Below, piece by piece: positions 48,288 through 58,156 of a stretch of 64,000 bases of DNA. The position numbers were made by a program, and so were the translations under genes. This DNA is from Candidatus Gastranaerophilales bacterium (GTDB lineage Bacteria; Cyanobacteriota; Vampirovibrionia; Gastranaerophilales; Gastranaerophilaceae). Each line of letters opens with the position of its first letter. The stretch's first letter is position 1. The stretch is from assembly GCA_045536045.1 (NCBI GenBank), contig JAZSMU010000006.1, positions 3,535 to 67,534 on the forward strand, given 5' to 3'. A model generated the notes under the pieces. The model was not told where the DNA came from. It worked only from the letters and a program-made list of their open reading frames with translations, and did not search any database.

Positions 48288-50252
48288 ATGAAAATCAACG
48301 GTATCAATTCTTCTTTTGCTTTTAAAAGGGCATTAAAACCTGAAGAAATTGCAGACTATACTGATGTTATGGAGAGAGCAAGAGAAAAGCTTGGCACAGA
48401 TGGCAAAAACATTCTTTATGTTCCAGATGTTTCTCTGCCACAAAAAAATCTTACAGGCATGGGCAACTTTGGCGACCCTAGAAGTATTGAATTTTTTGAT
48501 ATGATGAAAATATATCTAGGAATTGACACTGTTTTAACCACACCTCAAGGTGCATATTATGTTGACCCTGTTGGAAAGTCTTATCAAAAGGCAAATATAG
48601 ACAATTGCAATGAATTTAACCCATATGTTTCGTCATCATTTTTACTTGGAGACCATGTAATAAACCCAGAACTTTTAACTCACGAAGAATACGGTTCATT
48701 AATTTCAACCGGCGAATTTAAACATACATTTATAGATAAAAATGAATCGCCAGATGCTAAAGAAGTTGTTAATTTTAAAAACATTTTAGCTCCTTTTGAT
48801 TCTTCAAAAGTTGAAAAACTTTTATTAGAAGCTTTTGAAAGAATTACGCCGGAGAATGTTCTTGTTCCACAATTAAATAAATTTGCAAAAGTTGAAGGCG
48901 ACAATGTTGTTAAAAGAATAATTTTTGAAAAATTAGCTCAAAAAAATGCTACATATGATTGGGAAACATGGCCTGATGAGGATAAATATTTATTCTCAGA
49001 TTCAAAAGGCAAAACAGATTCATTACCTCATAACAAAGAAAGAATTGAAGAGCTAACAAAAAAATATAACAAAGACATTAAATTTACTTTGTTTAAGCAA
49101 TTCTTTGCACATAAAAGCTTAGAAGAAGCGAAAACAAAATTAAATGATAGAGGAATTAAACTTATTGGTGATGTTCCAATTGCTTTTACTCCAGATGAAG
49201 TTTGGGCAAATCAACAATATTTTGATACAACAAGCTTTATTGGACATCCTGGTTGGAAAACTTACCCTATCAATTTTGAGAAAATGTATGAAGACGCATC
49301 TGGCAAAAATCCATATTCTTTTAAAATGATAGAAAAAAGAATAGAGCAAAAATTAAAACACTATGACGGCTTAAGAATTGATGCTGCTTGGGTTTATATT
49401 CAACCACATTTAACCGACAGAGCAGGTATTGTTAAAACTCTTCCAACTGCAAATAGCCAATTTATTGGAAAAGATAACTATATTGGTTCAAGAATTATTG
49501 ATTTAATTGAAAAAACAGCAAAAAAAGTAAAAGGTGATGATTATGACCTTTCTAATATTATTTATGAAACAGAAATAGGTCTTGGACCTAAGTTTTCTGC
49601 ATTTGATAGCAAAGGTGAAGCTATTGACCCATTGAAAAATAGGCTTCAAATTTATACTACACGATATAAAAATGCAGACGGAACTTGGGGTTCTTATAAT
49701 GCTTTAACCAACCATAAGAAATTAAAACCAAATGAATTTATTTTAACGGCAACAACTCACGATAATGCTCCTTTAGAAAATTTGGCAAAAGGTAAAATAT
49801 TGCAAGGTGGTGCTGTAATTCCTGCACAAGTTATTGAAGACCAAAAAACACAGCTTCAAAACCAATTTAAAACACAAGAACCTATAACAACTCCAAATGA
49901 ATTTAAAGACGCAAAACAAGCAGAAGTTTCTCTTGCAAACAATCAGATGAGAACATTCTTTGATTTATTTGGTTGGGGCTTTAATGAAGATATAGACGAA
50001 GGCTCAATTGTAAAAAAATATTACGAAACAAGAATTGGCGAAAATTTTGATTCTGCGTATATAAAAGCCCTAGAAGATGGCAAAGGTTTTAATCCAATGA
50101 ATGCACTAAGACAAGCTTTTGTTTCAAAAGGACTAGATACAAAAGAGCCAGAACTATTTGAAGAAATTGTTTATTATGATAAAGTTTTAAGGCAAAAATC
50201 TAATAAACCAACACTTCCAACAAAAGGTTCATTTTTTAATCGCAAAGCGTAA
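48288..50252 (+). CDS. Divergent, long GH77-like 4-alpha-glucanotransferase
   Basis: Contains TGMGNFGDPRSIEFFDMM, LIGDVPIAFTPDEVWAN, DGLRIDAAW and ATTHDNAPLENL. Length is 654 aa. Confidence 0.7.
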   Translation: MKINGINSSFAFKRALKPEEIADYTDVMERAREKLGTDGKNILYVPDVSLPQKNLTGMGNFGDPRSIEFFDMMKIYLGIDTVLTTPQGAYYVDPVGKSYQKANIDNCNEFNPYVSSSFLLGDHVINPELLTHEEYGSLISTGEFKHTFIDKNESPDAKEVVNFKNILAPFDSSKVEKLLLEAFERITPENVLVPQLNKFAKVEGDNVVKRIIFEKLAQKNATYDWETWPDEDKYLFSDSKGKTDSLPHNKERIEELTKKYNKDIKFTLFKQFFAHKSLEEAKTKLNDRGIKLIGDVPIAFTPDEVWANQQYFDTTSFIGHPGWKTYPINFEKMYEDASGKNPYSFKMIEKRIEQKLKHYDGLRIDAAWVYIQPHLTDRAGIVKTLPTANSQFIGKDNYIGSRIIDLIEKTAKKVKGDDYDLSNIIYETEIGLGPKFSAFDSKGEAIDPLKNRLQIYTTRYKNADGTWGSYNALTNHKKLKPNEFILTATTHDNAPLENLAKGKILQGGAVIPAQVIEDQKTQLQNQFKTQEPITTPNEFKDAKQAEVSLANNQMRTFFDLFGWGFNEDIDEGSIVKKYYETRIGENFDSAYIKALEDGKGFNPMNALRQAFVSKGLDTKEPELFEEIVYYDKVLRQKSNKPTLPTKGSFFNRKA

Positions 50253-50313
50253 AAAATAAATCTAGCCCAAAAATCTTTTTTATGAAATAATCATTTCATA
50301 AGAGGGTTTAGAT

Positions 50314-51198
50314 ATGGAACAATTTAGAATTACGCAAATTACAAAAATGTTGGCAAAATCATTATTGCCTACAAGGGATATTAATTCCAATAAGGGAACT
50401 TTTGGCAATGTATTAAATATTGCTGGTTCAAACCAATATCCAGGGGCTTCATATTTAAGCTCAATTAGTGCTTTAAAAGTTGGGGCTGGAAAGGTTATTT
50501 TGGCAACAAATACAAACACAATTCCAATTGTTGCCTCAAAAACACCTGATGTAACTTTTTTAGATTTAGGCGAAAGTAATCAAGGTGGAATCCCTAAAGA
50601 TGCAATTAAATATATTCAACTTGTTTCAAATCCAGATGTTTTTTCAATTGGTTGTGGCTTGGGTGTTAGTGCTCCTGTTGAAAATTTTGTTATAGATTTT
50701 ATTAATAAATATATAAATTCTCAAACACCAGTAATTATTGACGCAGACGCTATCAATATTCTTTCAAGATGTAAAAAGCCGGTTGTTCCACTAAATTCTG
50801 TTATAACTCCTCATCCAAGAGAATTATCAAGACTTTTAGATGTTGATGTTGAAGAAATTCAATCAGACAGAGTTAAATGGGCTTGGAGAGCTAGCAAAAA
50901 ATTTGACTGCATTGTTATTTTAAAAGGACATAATTCAGTTATAAGTGTTCCAAATGGCGAAGTTTTTGTTAATACAACAGGAAACTCAGCTCTTGCAAAA
51001 GCTGGCACAGGAGATGTTTTAACAGGTATCATTGCTGGTCTTTGTGCTCAAGGGTTAAAGCTTGAAGACGCTTGCACATTAGGTGTTTATCTTCATGGAT
51101 TATCTGGTGATATTGCAGCAAAAAGCTACACACAATATGGTGTTTTAGCTTCAAATTTAATCAACTTTATTCCTTTTGCAATTAAAGAAATTTTATAA
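50314..51198 (+). CDS. nnrD: ADP/ATP-dependent NAD(P)H-hydrate dehydratase (YjeF C-terminal type)
   Basis: Contains ..KGTFGNVLNIAGS..., ..LKGHNSVI.. and ..GTGDVLTGIIAGL... Confidence 0.88.
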   Translation: MEQFRITQITKMLAKSLLPTRDINSNKGTFGNVLNIAGSNQYPGASYLSSISALKVGAGKVILATNTNTIPIVASKTPDVTFLDLGESNQGGIPKDAIKYIQLVSNPDVFSIGCGLGVSAPVENFVIDFINKYINSQTPVIIDADAINILSRCKKPVVPLNSVITPHPRELSRLLDVDVEEIQSDRVKWAWRASKKFDCIVILKGHNSVISVPNGEVFVNTTGNSALAKAGTGDVLTGIIAGLCAQGLKLEDACTLGVYLHGLSGDIAAKSYTQYGVLASNLINFIPFAIKEIL

Positions 51199-51474
51199 TT
51201 AGCGAATGCCAATAAATGTTGGAATATAGTTGAATAATTCTTCAACTGTTGATGTGAATACATCTAACATCCAAGGCATAGTGATAATTAAAATTAAAAT
51301 TCCAGCAAATATCTTTGGAACAAATGTAAGAGTTTGCTCTTGAATTTGTGTAACAGATTGAATGATGCTAATTATAAGCCCAACAACAATTGTTGTAATT
51401 AAAACTGGAGCACACATTTCAAGCACTAATATTAAAAATTTTTGAAATACATTTAAAAAAGCTGCTTCATCCAT
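51199..51474 (-). CDS. fliQ: Flagellar export-gate protein FliQ
   Basis: This 91-aa two-TM protein contains ..IIQSVTQIQEQTLTFVPKI... Confidence 0.9.
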   Translation of the reverse strand: MDEAAFLNVFQKFLILVLEMCAPVLITTIVVGLIISIIQSVTQIQEQTLTFVPKIFAGILILIITMPWMLDVFTSTVEELFNYIPTFIGIR

Positions 51475-51482
51475 AATACACC

Positions 51483-52235
51483 CTAAGTTATAAAGCCTTC
51501 AATTAGCGATTTTGTAATCAGATACCAGCCATCTACCAAAACAAACATAATAAGTTTAAATGGCATAGCAATAGTGGTTGGTGGTAAGAAAATCATACCC
51601 ATTGAAACCAAAATACTTGCTATTACAATATCAATAACCAAAAATGGAAGATAAATAATGAAGCCGATTTTAAATGCTGTTTTCAATTCGCTTAAAACAA
51701 ATGCAGGAATTAAAACATAAGTTGGAACATCTTTAATTTCTTTTGGTTTTGGTATTTTTGAAATTTTAACAAACAGTGCAAGCTCATTTTCTTGTGTTTG
51801 TTTAAACATAAAATCTCTAAGTGGCTCCATAGATTTATTCAAGGCTGCCTCTTGAGTTATTTGACCTTTCATATATGGTTGATATGCAGTGTCGTTTATT
51901 TTAGTAAATGTTGGACTCATAACAAAAAATGCCAAAATTAAAGAAAGCCCAATAATGACTTGGTTTGGAGGTAAGTTTTGAGTTCCTAAGGCTTGGCGTG
52001 TTAGAGCAAAAACTATGACAATTCTAATAAACGCAGTTGTCATGATTAAAATACTTGGTGCAAGCGTAAGAATTGTTAAAAGAATTAAAATTTGCACGCC
52101 TTGAGAAAATTCTTGAGTGCTTGTTGCACTTTTAAAACCAACATTCAAAGTTGGCAAGCTAACAGCTCCATAGCTTTGAAGTGTTGATACTAAGTAAATT
52201 CCAAAAAGTGTGAATAATTTTAATAGATTTTTCAC
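51483..52235 (-). CDS. fliP: Flagellar export-gate protein FliP
   Basis: A signal peptide precedes FliP-typical ..ILTLAPSILIMTTAFIRIVIVFALTRQALGTQNLPPNQV... Confidence 0.93.
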   Translation of the reverse strand: MKNLLKLFTLFGIYLVSTLQSYGAVSLPTLNVGFKSATSTQEFSQGVQILILLTILTLAPSILIMTTAFIRIVIVFALTRQALGTQNLPPNQVIIGLSLILAFFVMSPTFTKINDTAYQPYMKGQITQEAALNKSMEPLRDFMFKQTQENELALFVKISKIPKPKEIKDVPTYVLIPAFVLSELKTAFKIGFIIYLPFLVIDIVIASILVSMGMIFLPPTTIAMPFKLIMFVLVDGWYLITKSLIEGFIT

Positions 52236-52288
52236 TTAAACTCCCCCATCTGTTTATATTTTATTATAAAAATCAAAAAAAGTATATA

Positions 52289-53806
52289 TTAATTTTCTTT
52301 TAAATTATTGATTTTAATAAAATCCCAAGGAAGTTTGCTATTATCATCTAATTCATCTTCAAAAGGAAATTCAATTGCTTCATCATATTTCTTTAAATTA
52401 TATTTTTTAGCAAAATTTTTCCAACAAGATTTAAAAGCACCCAATTTTGCACCCTCTTTATGAACGCAAATTAAGTATTCTGCAAGGCTTTTTGGGTATC
52501 TTGAAATTAAAGACTGAACTCCATCCCATTCAACGCTTATTGGATTTAGTTTAATTCCTAAAATATGCAGATGTTTTTTAATGTAATTAATTTTTTTCTC
52601 TAAGCTTTTTTTGTTTTCTCTTTTAATTAATTCATATGGCGTGTGAGGCTTTGGAATTAGGGTATTAAGGCTAACTGATAAATCTAGAGTTTTGTGTTTT
52701 TTCTTTAGCTTTTTAAGTAGCTCAATTATCTCTTTGATGTCATTTTCATCTTCATTGGGAAGCCCAACCATCATATAAACTTTTAATCCCTTAAGCCCAT
52801 ATTTTGTTGCACATTCAAATGTTGCCTCAATTTCTTCATTTGTTAAATCTTTATTAATCGCTTTTCTTAATTTTTCGCTTCCAGCTTCAATTGCAATAGT
52901 TGCACTTTTTGCCTTGCATTCTACAAGAGTTTCAATTGTTTCTTTGGTAACTAAATCTGCCCTTAAAGAAGAGATTGAAATTTCAATTGGGCTTATTTTA
53001 TTTTTTTCTCTAATAAATGCCATAATGTCATCAAAATCTTTATGACCTGCAACATAAGCTCCTAAAAGTGCAATTTTATTAGTGTGTTTTAGTGCAAATT
53101 CAATTTTTTCTTTAAGTTTTTCTAAATTTCCCTCTCTAAAAGGTAAATTGTGCCAGCTTGCAAGGCAGAATTTACACATTTTTGGGCAACCTCTCTCAAC
53201 CTCAATAATGTAAGTGTTTGAAAAATAACTTTTATCAGACAAAATTGGTGTTGCAGTTGGTTCTTTAATCTCTTCAATATGCCTTTCAATTGTTTTTTCT
53301 TTTCCAAATTGAGGGACCCAAATTCCTTTAATATCTTTAATTGCTTCTAGTTTTTCTTTTTTTGTTTTTTCTTTGTTTTCAACTATTTTTCTAACAACTT
53401 CTGGAATATTTGAATCTCCAACATTAAAGAAATCAAAAAATTCTTCAAAAGGAATTGGGTTTGAAGTTGAAACAGGACCACCAACAAAAATTATTGGATG
53501 CTCTTCGCTTCTATCTTTTGCAAGGAGTGGAATTTTTAATTTTTCAAGCATTTTCATTATCTGAAAAATATCCATTTCAAAAGAAAATGAAAAACCAATA
53601 ATATCAACTTTTTGAATTGGAGTAATTGTGCTTTTGGAATTTGAATAATATCTTTCAGCAAAAACATCTTCCATTTCATCTAATGTTTTAAAAATTGAAA
53701 GATAGCCAATTGAGCTCATTGCAAAGTTTTCAATAGCTGGAAAAGCAAAAATTGCATTCAATTTTGGGTCTTTTTTTATTTTGCTTTCGTATAAAAACTT
53801 TTCCAA
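52289..53806 (-). CDS. Radical SAM protein with an N-terminal B12-binding-like domain (uncharacterised family)
   Basis: Contains the CPKMCKFC cluster motif in ..VERGCPKMCKFCLASW.. and a conserved C-terminal ..LPWDFI... Confidence 0.8.
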   Translation of the reverse strand: MEKFLYESKIKKDPKLNAIFAFPAIENFAMSSIGYLSIFKTLDEMEDVFAERYYSNSKSTITPIQKVDIIGFSFSFEMDIFQIMKMLEKLKIPLLAKDRSEEHPIIFVGGPVSTSNPIPFEEFFDFFNVGDSNIPEVVRKIVENKEKTKKEKLEAIKDIKGIWVPQFGKEKTIERHIEEIKEPTATPILSDKSYFSNTYIIEVERGCPKMCKFCLASWHNLPFREGNLEKLKEKIEFALKHTNKIALLGAYVAGHKDFDDIMAFIREKNKISPIEISISSLRADLVTKETIETLVECKAKSATIAIEAGSEKLRKAINKDLTNEEIEATFECATKYGLKGLKVYMMVGLPNEDENDIKEIIELLKKLKKKHKTLDLSVSLNTLIPKPHTPYELIKRENKKSLEKKINYIKKHLHILGIKLNPISVEWDGVQSLISRYPKSLAEYLICVHKEGAKLGAFKSCWKNFAKKYNLKKYDEAIEFPFEDELDDNSKLPWDFIKINNLKEN

Positions 53807-53807
53807 A

Positions 53808-54830
53808 CTATTTTTCCTCTTTGTTGATGGTTTTTATGTATAACTCATCAATTAATACAATGAATACACTTGCAATTGCTGGTGCTAAAATTACACCCCA
53901 AAGCCCTAAGAATTTTGCACCAATTAAAAGAGATAAGATTATCATTAATGGGTGCATATTCATAAATTTACCTAAAACAAATGGGCGAACTGCTTGGTTT
54001 TGAACAACTTGGGCTATCATACAAACAAGCAAAACTAAAATAATGTAGCCAATTCCGCCTGAGGCTGCAGTTGCTAATGTTAAGCCAATTGCAATCGCTG
54101 GACCAATTGCAGGAATAATATCGCAAGCAAAAGTTATAAAGCCTAAGGTTAATGCGTGTGGGTGCCCAACAAGTGCCAGTCCTAATGCTGTAACAACACC
54201 AACAAACACCATAGTTATAAGTTGGGCAAAAACATAGCCACCAACTTTTGTCATAATTGTTGATAAAATTTCTTTTGCTTTATCCTTTAAGTCTTTAGGG
54301 AAGAATTTAATAAATTGTTTTTCAAGATTTTCCCAATCTGTGCAAATGTAGAATGTTATAAGTGTTATGGCAATTAAGCTTGTTGTTGAAGTTGCCAAAA
54401 TTTTTGTAAATTCTAAAGTTTTTTCTAAAAGAACACTAGATGTTTTATTTACAAAATCTGATATCATATCAGGATGAATTAAGCTTGCTGGAGAGAATCC
54501 CCAAATGTTAAAGCTGAGGAAATTCTTAATATTTTCAATATATTCAGGAAGATTATTAAACATTAAATAAAATTGTTTAAGAGCAAAAACTGCAAGTGGA
54601 ATAAATACTAAAATTGTTCCTAAGAAAATTGCAAGAAGCATAATTGTTGTTGCAAGTGCTCTTGGTATTTTTTTGCTCATTTTATCTATAACAGGAATTA
54701 AGACACAAGATATAACAAAAGAGGCAAACAGCATTAGTGCTATATCTGACGCTTTAACTAGGAAAAAAATAACAATTCCTGCCATGAGTAGGAAGACAAT
54801 ATTTTTAGTTGTAAAAAAATCTTTCAACAT
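53808..54830 (-). CDS. AI-2E family (PerM/UPF0118) transporter
   Basis: This ~8-TM protein has the typical ..IPAIGPAIA.. segment. Confidence 0.8.
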   Translation of the reverse strand: MLKDFFTTKNIVFLLMAGIVIFFLVKASDIALMLFASFVISCVLIPVIDKMSKKIPRALATTIMLLAIFLGTILVFIPLAVFALKQFYLMFNNLPEYIENIKNFLSFNIWGFSPASLIHPDMISDFVNKTSSVLLEKTLEFTKILATSTTSLIAITLITFYICTDWENLEKQFIKFFPKDLKDKAKEILSTIMTKVGGYVFAQLITMVFVGVVTALGLALVGHPHALTLGFITFACDIIPAIGPAIAIGLTLATAASGGIGYIILVLLVCMIAQVVQNQAVRPFVLGKFMNMHPLMIILSLLIGAKFLGLWGVILAPAIASVFIVLIDELYIKTINKEEK

Positions 54831-54890
54831 AAATCACCTCATTTGTGCTAGACTTATTATACAACATAAACAAGTCGGAGTATATAAGTT

Positions 54891-56195
54891 ATGCAGACAG
54901 TTAATCAAAATCTTAAACCTTTGACATTAAAAAGAAATAATAATAACAACTTAGAAATCGGTGGATGTGATTTAGTTCAATTGGCTAAAGAATATGGCAC
55001 ACCATTATATGTTATGTGCGAAGAAACTTTAAGACAAATTGCAAAAGAATATAAATCTGCTTTTAAATATGAAAAATTTAAACCTACATATGCTTCAAAA
55101 GCTCTTTTAAATATTAAAATTGCAGAAATTTTGACTTCAGAAGATTTTGGTTTTGATGCTGTTTCAATGGGCGAAATTTACACGATTTATAAATCTGGTT
55201 GCGATATGGACAAGGTTACTTTTAATGGCAACAACAAAACAAAAGAAGAAATTGAGCTTGCTGTTAAATTAGGCGTTGGGCATTTTAGTGTTGATAATTT
55301 TTATGAAATTAAAATTTTGTCTGATGAATTAAAAAAATATAATAAAACCCAAAAGGTTTTACTAAGAATTACGCCTGGAATTGAATGCCACACGCACGAA
55401 TATATTCAAACAGGGCAACTTGACTCAAAATTTGGCTTCAATTTATCTCAAATTGATTCTGCAGTTGAAGAAATTTTAAAATATGAAAATATTGTGCTTG
55501 TTGGGCTTCATGCACATATTGGCTCACAAATTTTTGAAACTAAAGTTTATGAAGATGAGGCTAAAATTTTAATTTCAGAAATTGCAAGAATAAATAAAAA
55601 ATATAATTTAAAATTATCTGAAATTAATATGGGTGGTGGTTTGGGTGTTACATACACTAAAGAAGATAATCCACCTAGTGTTTATGAAATTGCTGAAGTT
55701 ATTATTTCTTCAATTGAAAAATATGCTAAAGAATATGGGGTTGAATTACCAACCTTATATATTGAGCCTGGTCGTTCAATTGTTTGCACTGCAGGAGCTA
55801 CACTGTATTCTCTAGGCTCTTCTAAGCAAGTTCCAAATGCAACAAAATATTTCGCAATTGATGGCGGTATGGCAGATAATCCACGCCCTGCAATGTATAA
55901 TGCTCAATATATTGCAGAAATTGCAAATGCAAAAGAAAATGCAAAAGAAGAAAAAGTTACAATTTCTGGAAAATATTGCGAATCTGGGGATATTTTAATT
56001 AAAGATATTATGCTTCCAAATCCTCAAAGTGAGGACATTTTATGCGTTTATAATACGGGTGCTTATAACTATTCAATGGCAAGTAATTATAATCGCAATT
56101 TAAAACCTGCAATGGTGCTTGTAAATCGTGGAAAATCTGCTATTATAGTAGAAAGACAAACACTTGAGCAACTCATTGAAAATGATGTTAGGTAG
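54891..56195 (+). CDS. lysA: Diaminopimelate decarboxylase
   Basis: Contains YASKAL (PLP Lys), HAHIGSQ, MGGGLGV, EPGRSIV and CESGD. Confidence 0.94.
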   Translation: MQTVNQNLKPLTLKRNNNNNLEIGGCDLVQLAKEYGTPLYVMCEETLRQIAKEYKSAFKYEKFKPTYASKALLNIKIAEILTSEDFGFDAVSMGEIYTIYKSGCDMDKVTFNGNNKTKEEIELAVKLGVGHFSVDNFYEIKILSDELKKYNKTQKVLLRITPGIECHTHEYIQTGQLDSKFGFNLSQIDSAVEEILKYENIVLVGLHAHIGSQIFETKVYEDEAKILISEIARINKKYNLKLSEINMGGGLGVTYTKEDNPPSVYEIAEVIISSIEKYAKEYGVELPTLYIEPGRSIVCTAGATLYSLGSSKQVPNATKYFAIDGGMADNPRPAMYNAQYIAEIANAKENAKEEKVTISGKYCESGDILIKDIMLPNPQSEDILCVYNTGAYNYSMASNYNRNLKPAMVLVNRGKSAIIVERQTLEQLIENDVR

Positions 56196-56207
56196 TAAAC
56201 AGGCAAA

Positions 56208-57041
56208 ATGGATAAATTAGTTAAAAATATTTTCTCAAATATGACATTTTCAGGGCTTGATATTGCTTTGGTTTCAATGCAATTAATTGTCATTTTTATT
56301 GCATTTTTCTATGTTTATAAAAAATTTATCAAAGGAACAAACTCTGAAAATCTTGTTCGTGGAATTATTGTTCTAATTGTTGTTTGGCTAGTTTCAGAAA
56401 TTTTTATTAAAATTAATCTTCAAGTTTTTGGTTGGTTTTTAAGAGTGGTTTTAAGTGTTGTTACGCTTGGTTTAATTGTTATTTTCCAACCTGAATTGAG
56501 AAAATTTTTAGACTACATTGGACAAGGCGATTTATTTAAAAGACTTTTCTTGTCAAAAAATGAAAAACATATTGAATCTAAAAAAGAAGTTGTTTTAAAA
56601 GAATTAATTGACACTATTAAATATCTATCAAAATTTAAAATTGGTGGCTTAATTGTTATTCAAAATGATGCAATAACAAACATTTCTGATGTTGGTGTTA
56701 AAGTTAATGCAAATGTTTCTCAAGAATTATTATTAACAATTTTCCATCCAAACACACCACTTCATGACGGTGCTGTTATTATTTATGAAGATAAAATTTT
56801 ATCAGCAGGGGTGCTTCTTCCTCTAACAGAAGACCCTAAACTTAGCTGGAGATACGGAACACGCCACAGAGCAGCAATTGGTGTTACTGAAAACTTGAAT
56901 TGCTCTTGTATTGTTGTTTCTGAAGAAACAGGTGATGTTTCAATTGCAGTTGGTGGAGTTTTGAAAAAATCTGAAGATTTGGGACAATTAAAAGTTCAAC
57001 TAGAGCAAGTTTTGGGAATTTCTGACAAAAAAGATGTATAA
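56208..57041 (+). CDS. cdaA: Diadenylate cyclase CdaA (c-di-AMP synthase)
   Basis: Three N-terminal TM helices are followed by DAC motifs (TPLHDGAVII, GTRHRAA, VVSEETG). Confidence 0.93.
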   Translation: MDKLVKNIFSNMTFSGLDIALVSMQLIVIFIAFFYVYKKFIKGTNSENLVRGIIVLIVVWLVSEIFIKINLQVFGWFLRVVLSVVTLGLIVIFQPELRKFLDYIGQGDLFKRLFLSKNEKHIESKKEVVLKELIDTIKYLSKFKIGGLIVIQNDAITNISDVGVKVNANVSQELLLTIFHPNTPLHDGAVIIYEDKILSAGVLLPLTEDPKLSWRYGTRHRAAIGVTENLNCSCIVVSEETGDVSIAVGGVLKKSEDLGQLKVQLEQVLGISDKKDV

Positions 57042-57068
57042 TATTAACTAGCAAAGATGAGTTAAGAA

Positions 57069-58136
57069 TTGGCAAACGAAAAAACAGAACAGGCGACACC
57101 GAGGAGGCGAAGCAAAGAGAGAGACAAGGGGAATGTATCTAAAAGCCAAGATTTTGTGGCTTCAATTACTCTTGCAATTGGTGTTGGCGTTTTATATGTT
57201 ATGACAATAGACATTATTGAAACACTCAAAGCCTATTTTCATGATACTTTTGCTAATTTAAACCCACAAAGTCTGCCTGTTGATGATTATTTGCAAGTTT
57301 TTATTCCACCTTTGGTTGTGAGTGCTAAAATTTTAGCTCCATTCTTCTTTTTTATTGCCCTTGCTGCTATTGCAACAAGGAAAATTGAAGTTGGAAATCT
57401 TTTTGCGAAAGAAGTTTTGAAACCAAAATTTGATAAATTAAATCCAGCAAACGCACTTAAAGCCCTTTGGCAAAAAATCAATATTTTTTCTCCAAGAACG
57501 CTTGTAGAATTTGTTAAATCTATTGTTAAGCTTATTGTAGTTGGTGTTGTTGGTTTTAATGTAATTATTAAAAGAAAAGATGAGCTTTTATCTCTTTTGG
57601 GAATAGATTTAAACACTTCTTTATCTGTTCTTGGTTCTGTTACAATGGAAATCCTTGTTTCTGTTTGTATAATCATGCTTTTGATTGGAATTTTAGACAA
57701 AAAATTTCAAACTTATCAGTATGAAAAGTCTATTAAAATGACTAAACAAGAAGTTAAAGATGAGTGGAAAAATATGGAAGGGGACCCTGTTATTAAAGGG
57801 AAAATCCGTTCTATTCAAATGAAGTTTGCTCAGCAAAGAATGATGGGTGGAGTTAAGCAAGCAGATGTTGTTGTAACAAATCCGACACATTACGCAGTTG
57901 CCCTAAAATACGACCAACAAGAAACACCTGTTCCTATGGTTGTGGCGAAAGGTGTTGATTTTATTGCTTTTAAGATAAGAGAGATAGCGAAAGCAAACAA
58001 TATTCCAATAGTGGAAAATAGACCTTTAGCACGAAGCCTGTACAAATTAGTTCCAATTGATGGTATAATACCACCAGAGCTATATGTCGCAGTTGCAGAG
58101 GTATTAAGTTTCGTTTTCAAAAACAGACAAAAATAA
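57069..58136 (+). CDS. flhB: Flagellar export-gate protein FlhB
   Basis: Contains the N-terminal EKTEQATPRRRSKERDKGNVSKS and the autocleavage motif VTNPTHYAV. The start is TTG. Confidence 0.93.
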   Translation: MANEKTEQATPRRRSKERDKGNVSKSQDFVASITLAIGVGVLYVMTIDIIETLKAYFHDTFANLNPQSLPVDDYLQVFIPPLVVSAKILAPFFFFIALAAIATRKIEVGNLFAKEVLKPKFDKLNPANALKALWQKINIFSPRTLVEFVKSIVKLIVVGVVGFNVIIKRKDELLSLLGIDLNTSLSVLGSVTMEILVSVCIIMLLIGILDKKFQTYQYEKSIKMTKQEVKDEWKNMEGDPVIKGKIRSIQMKFAQQRMMGGVKQADVVVTNPTHYAVALKYDQQETPVPMVVAKGVDFIAFKIREIAKANNIPIVENRPLARSLYKLVPIDGIIPPELYVAVAEVLSFVFKNRQK

Positions 58137-58156
58137 TGGGGATTACATAGAGGTAA

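Noticed and set aside
50253-50313. Hairpin atgaaat-aatc-atttcat considered as a terminator after the GH77 gene
   Set aside because: The stem is A/T only (7 bp) and lacks a proper downstream T-run. It is not convincing.
54831-54890. Lysine riboswitch upstream of lysA, and likewise riboswitches or T-boxes upstream of ilvD (17813-17850), ribD, thiL and queE
   Set aside because: The spacers are only 0-60 nt, far too short for these elements, and they lack conserved stems.
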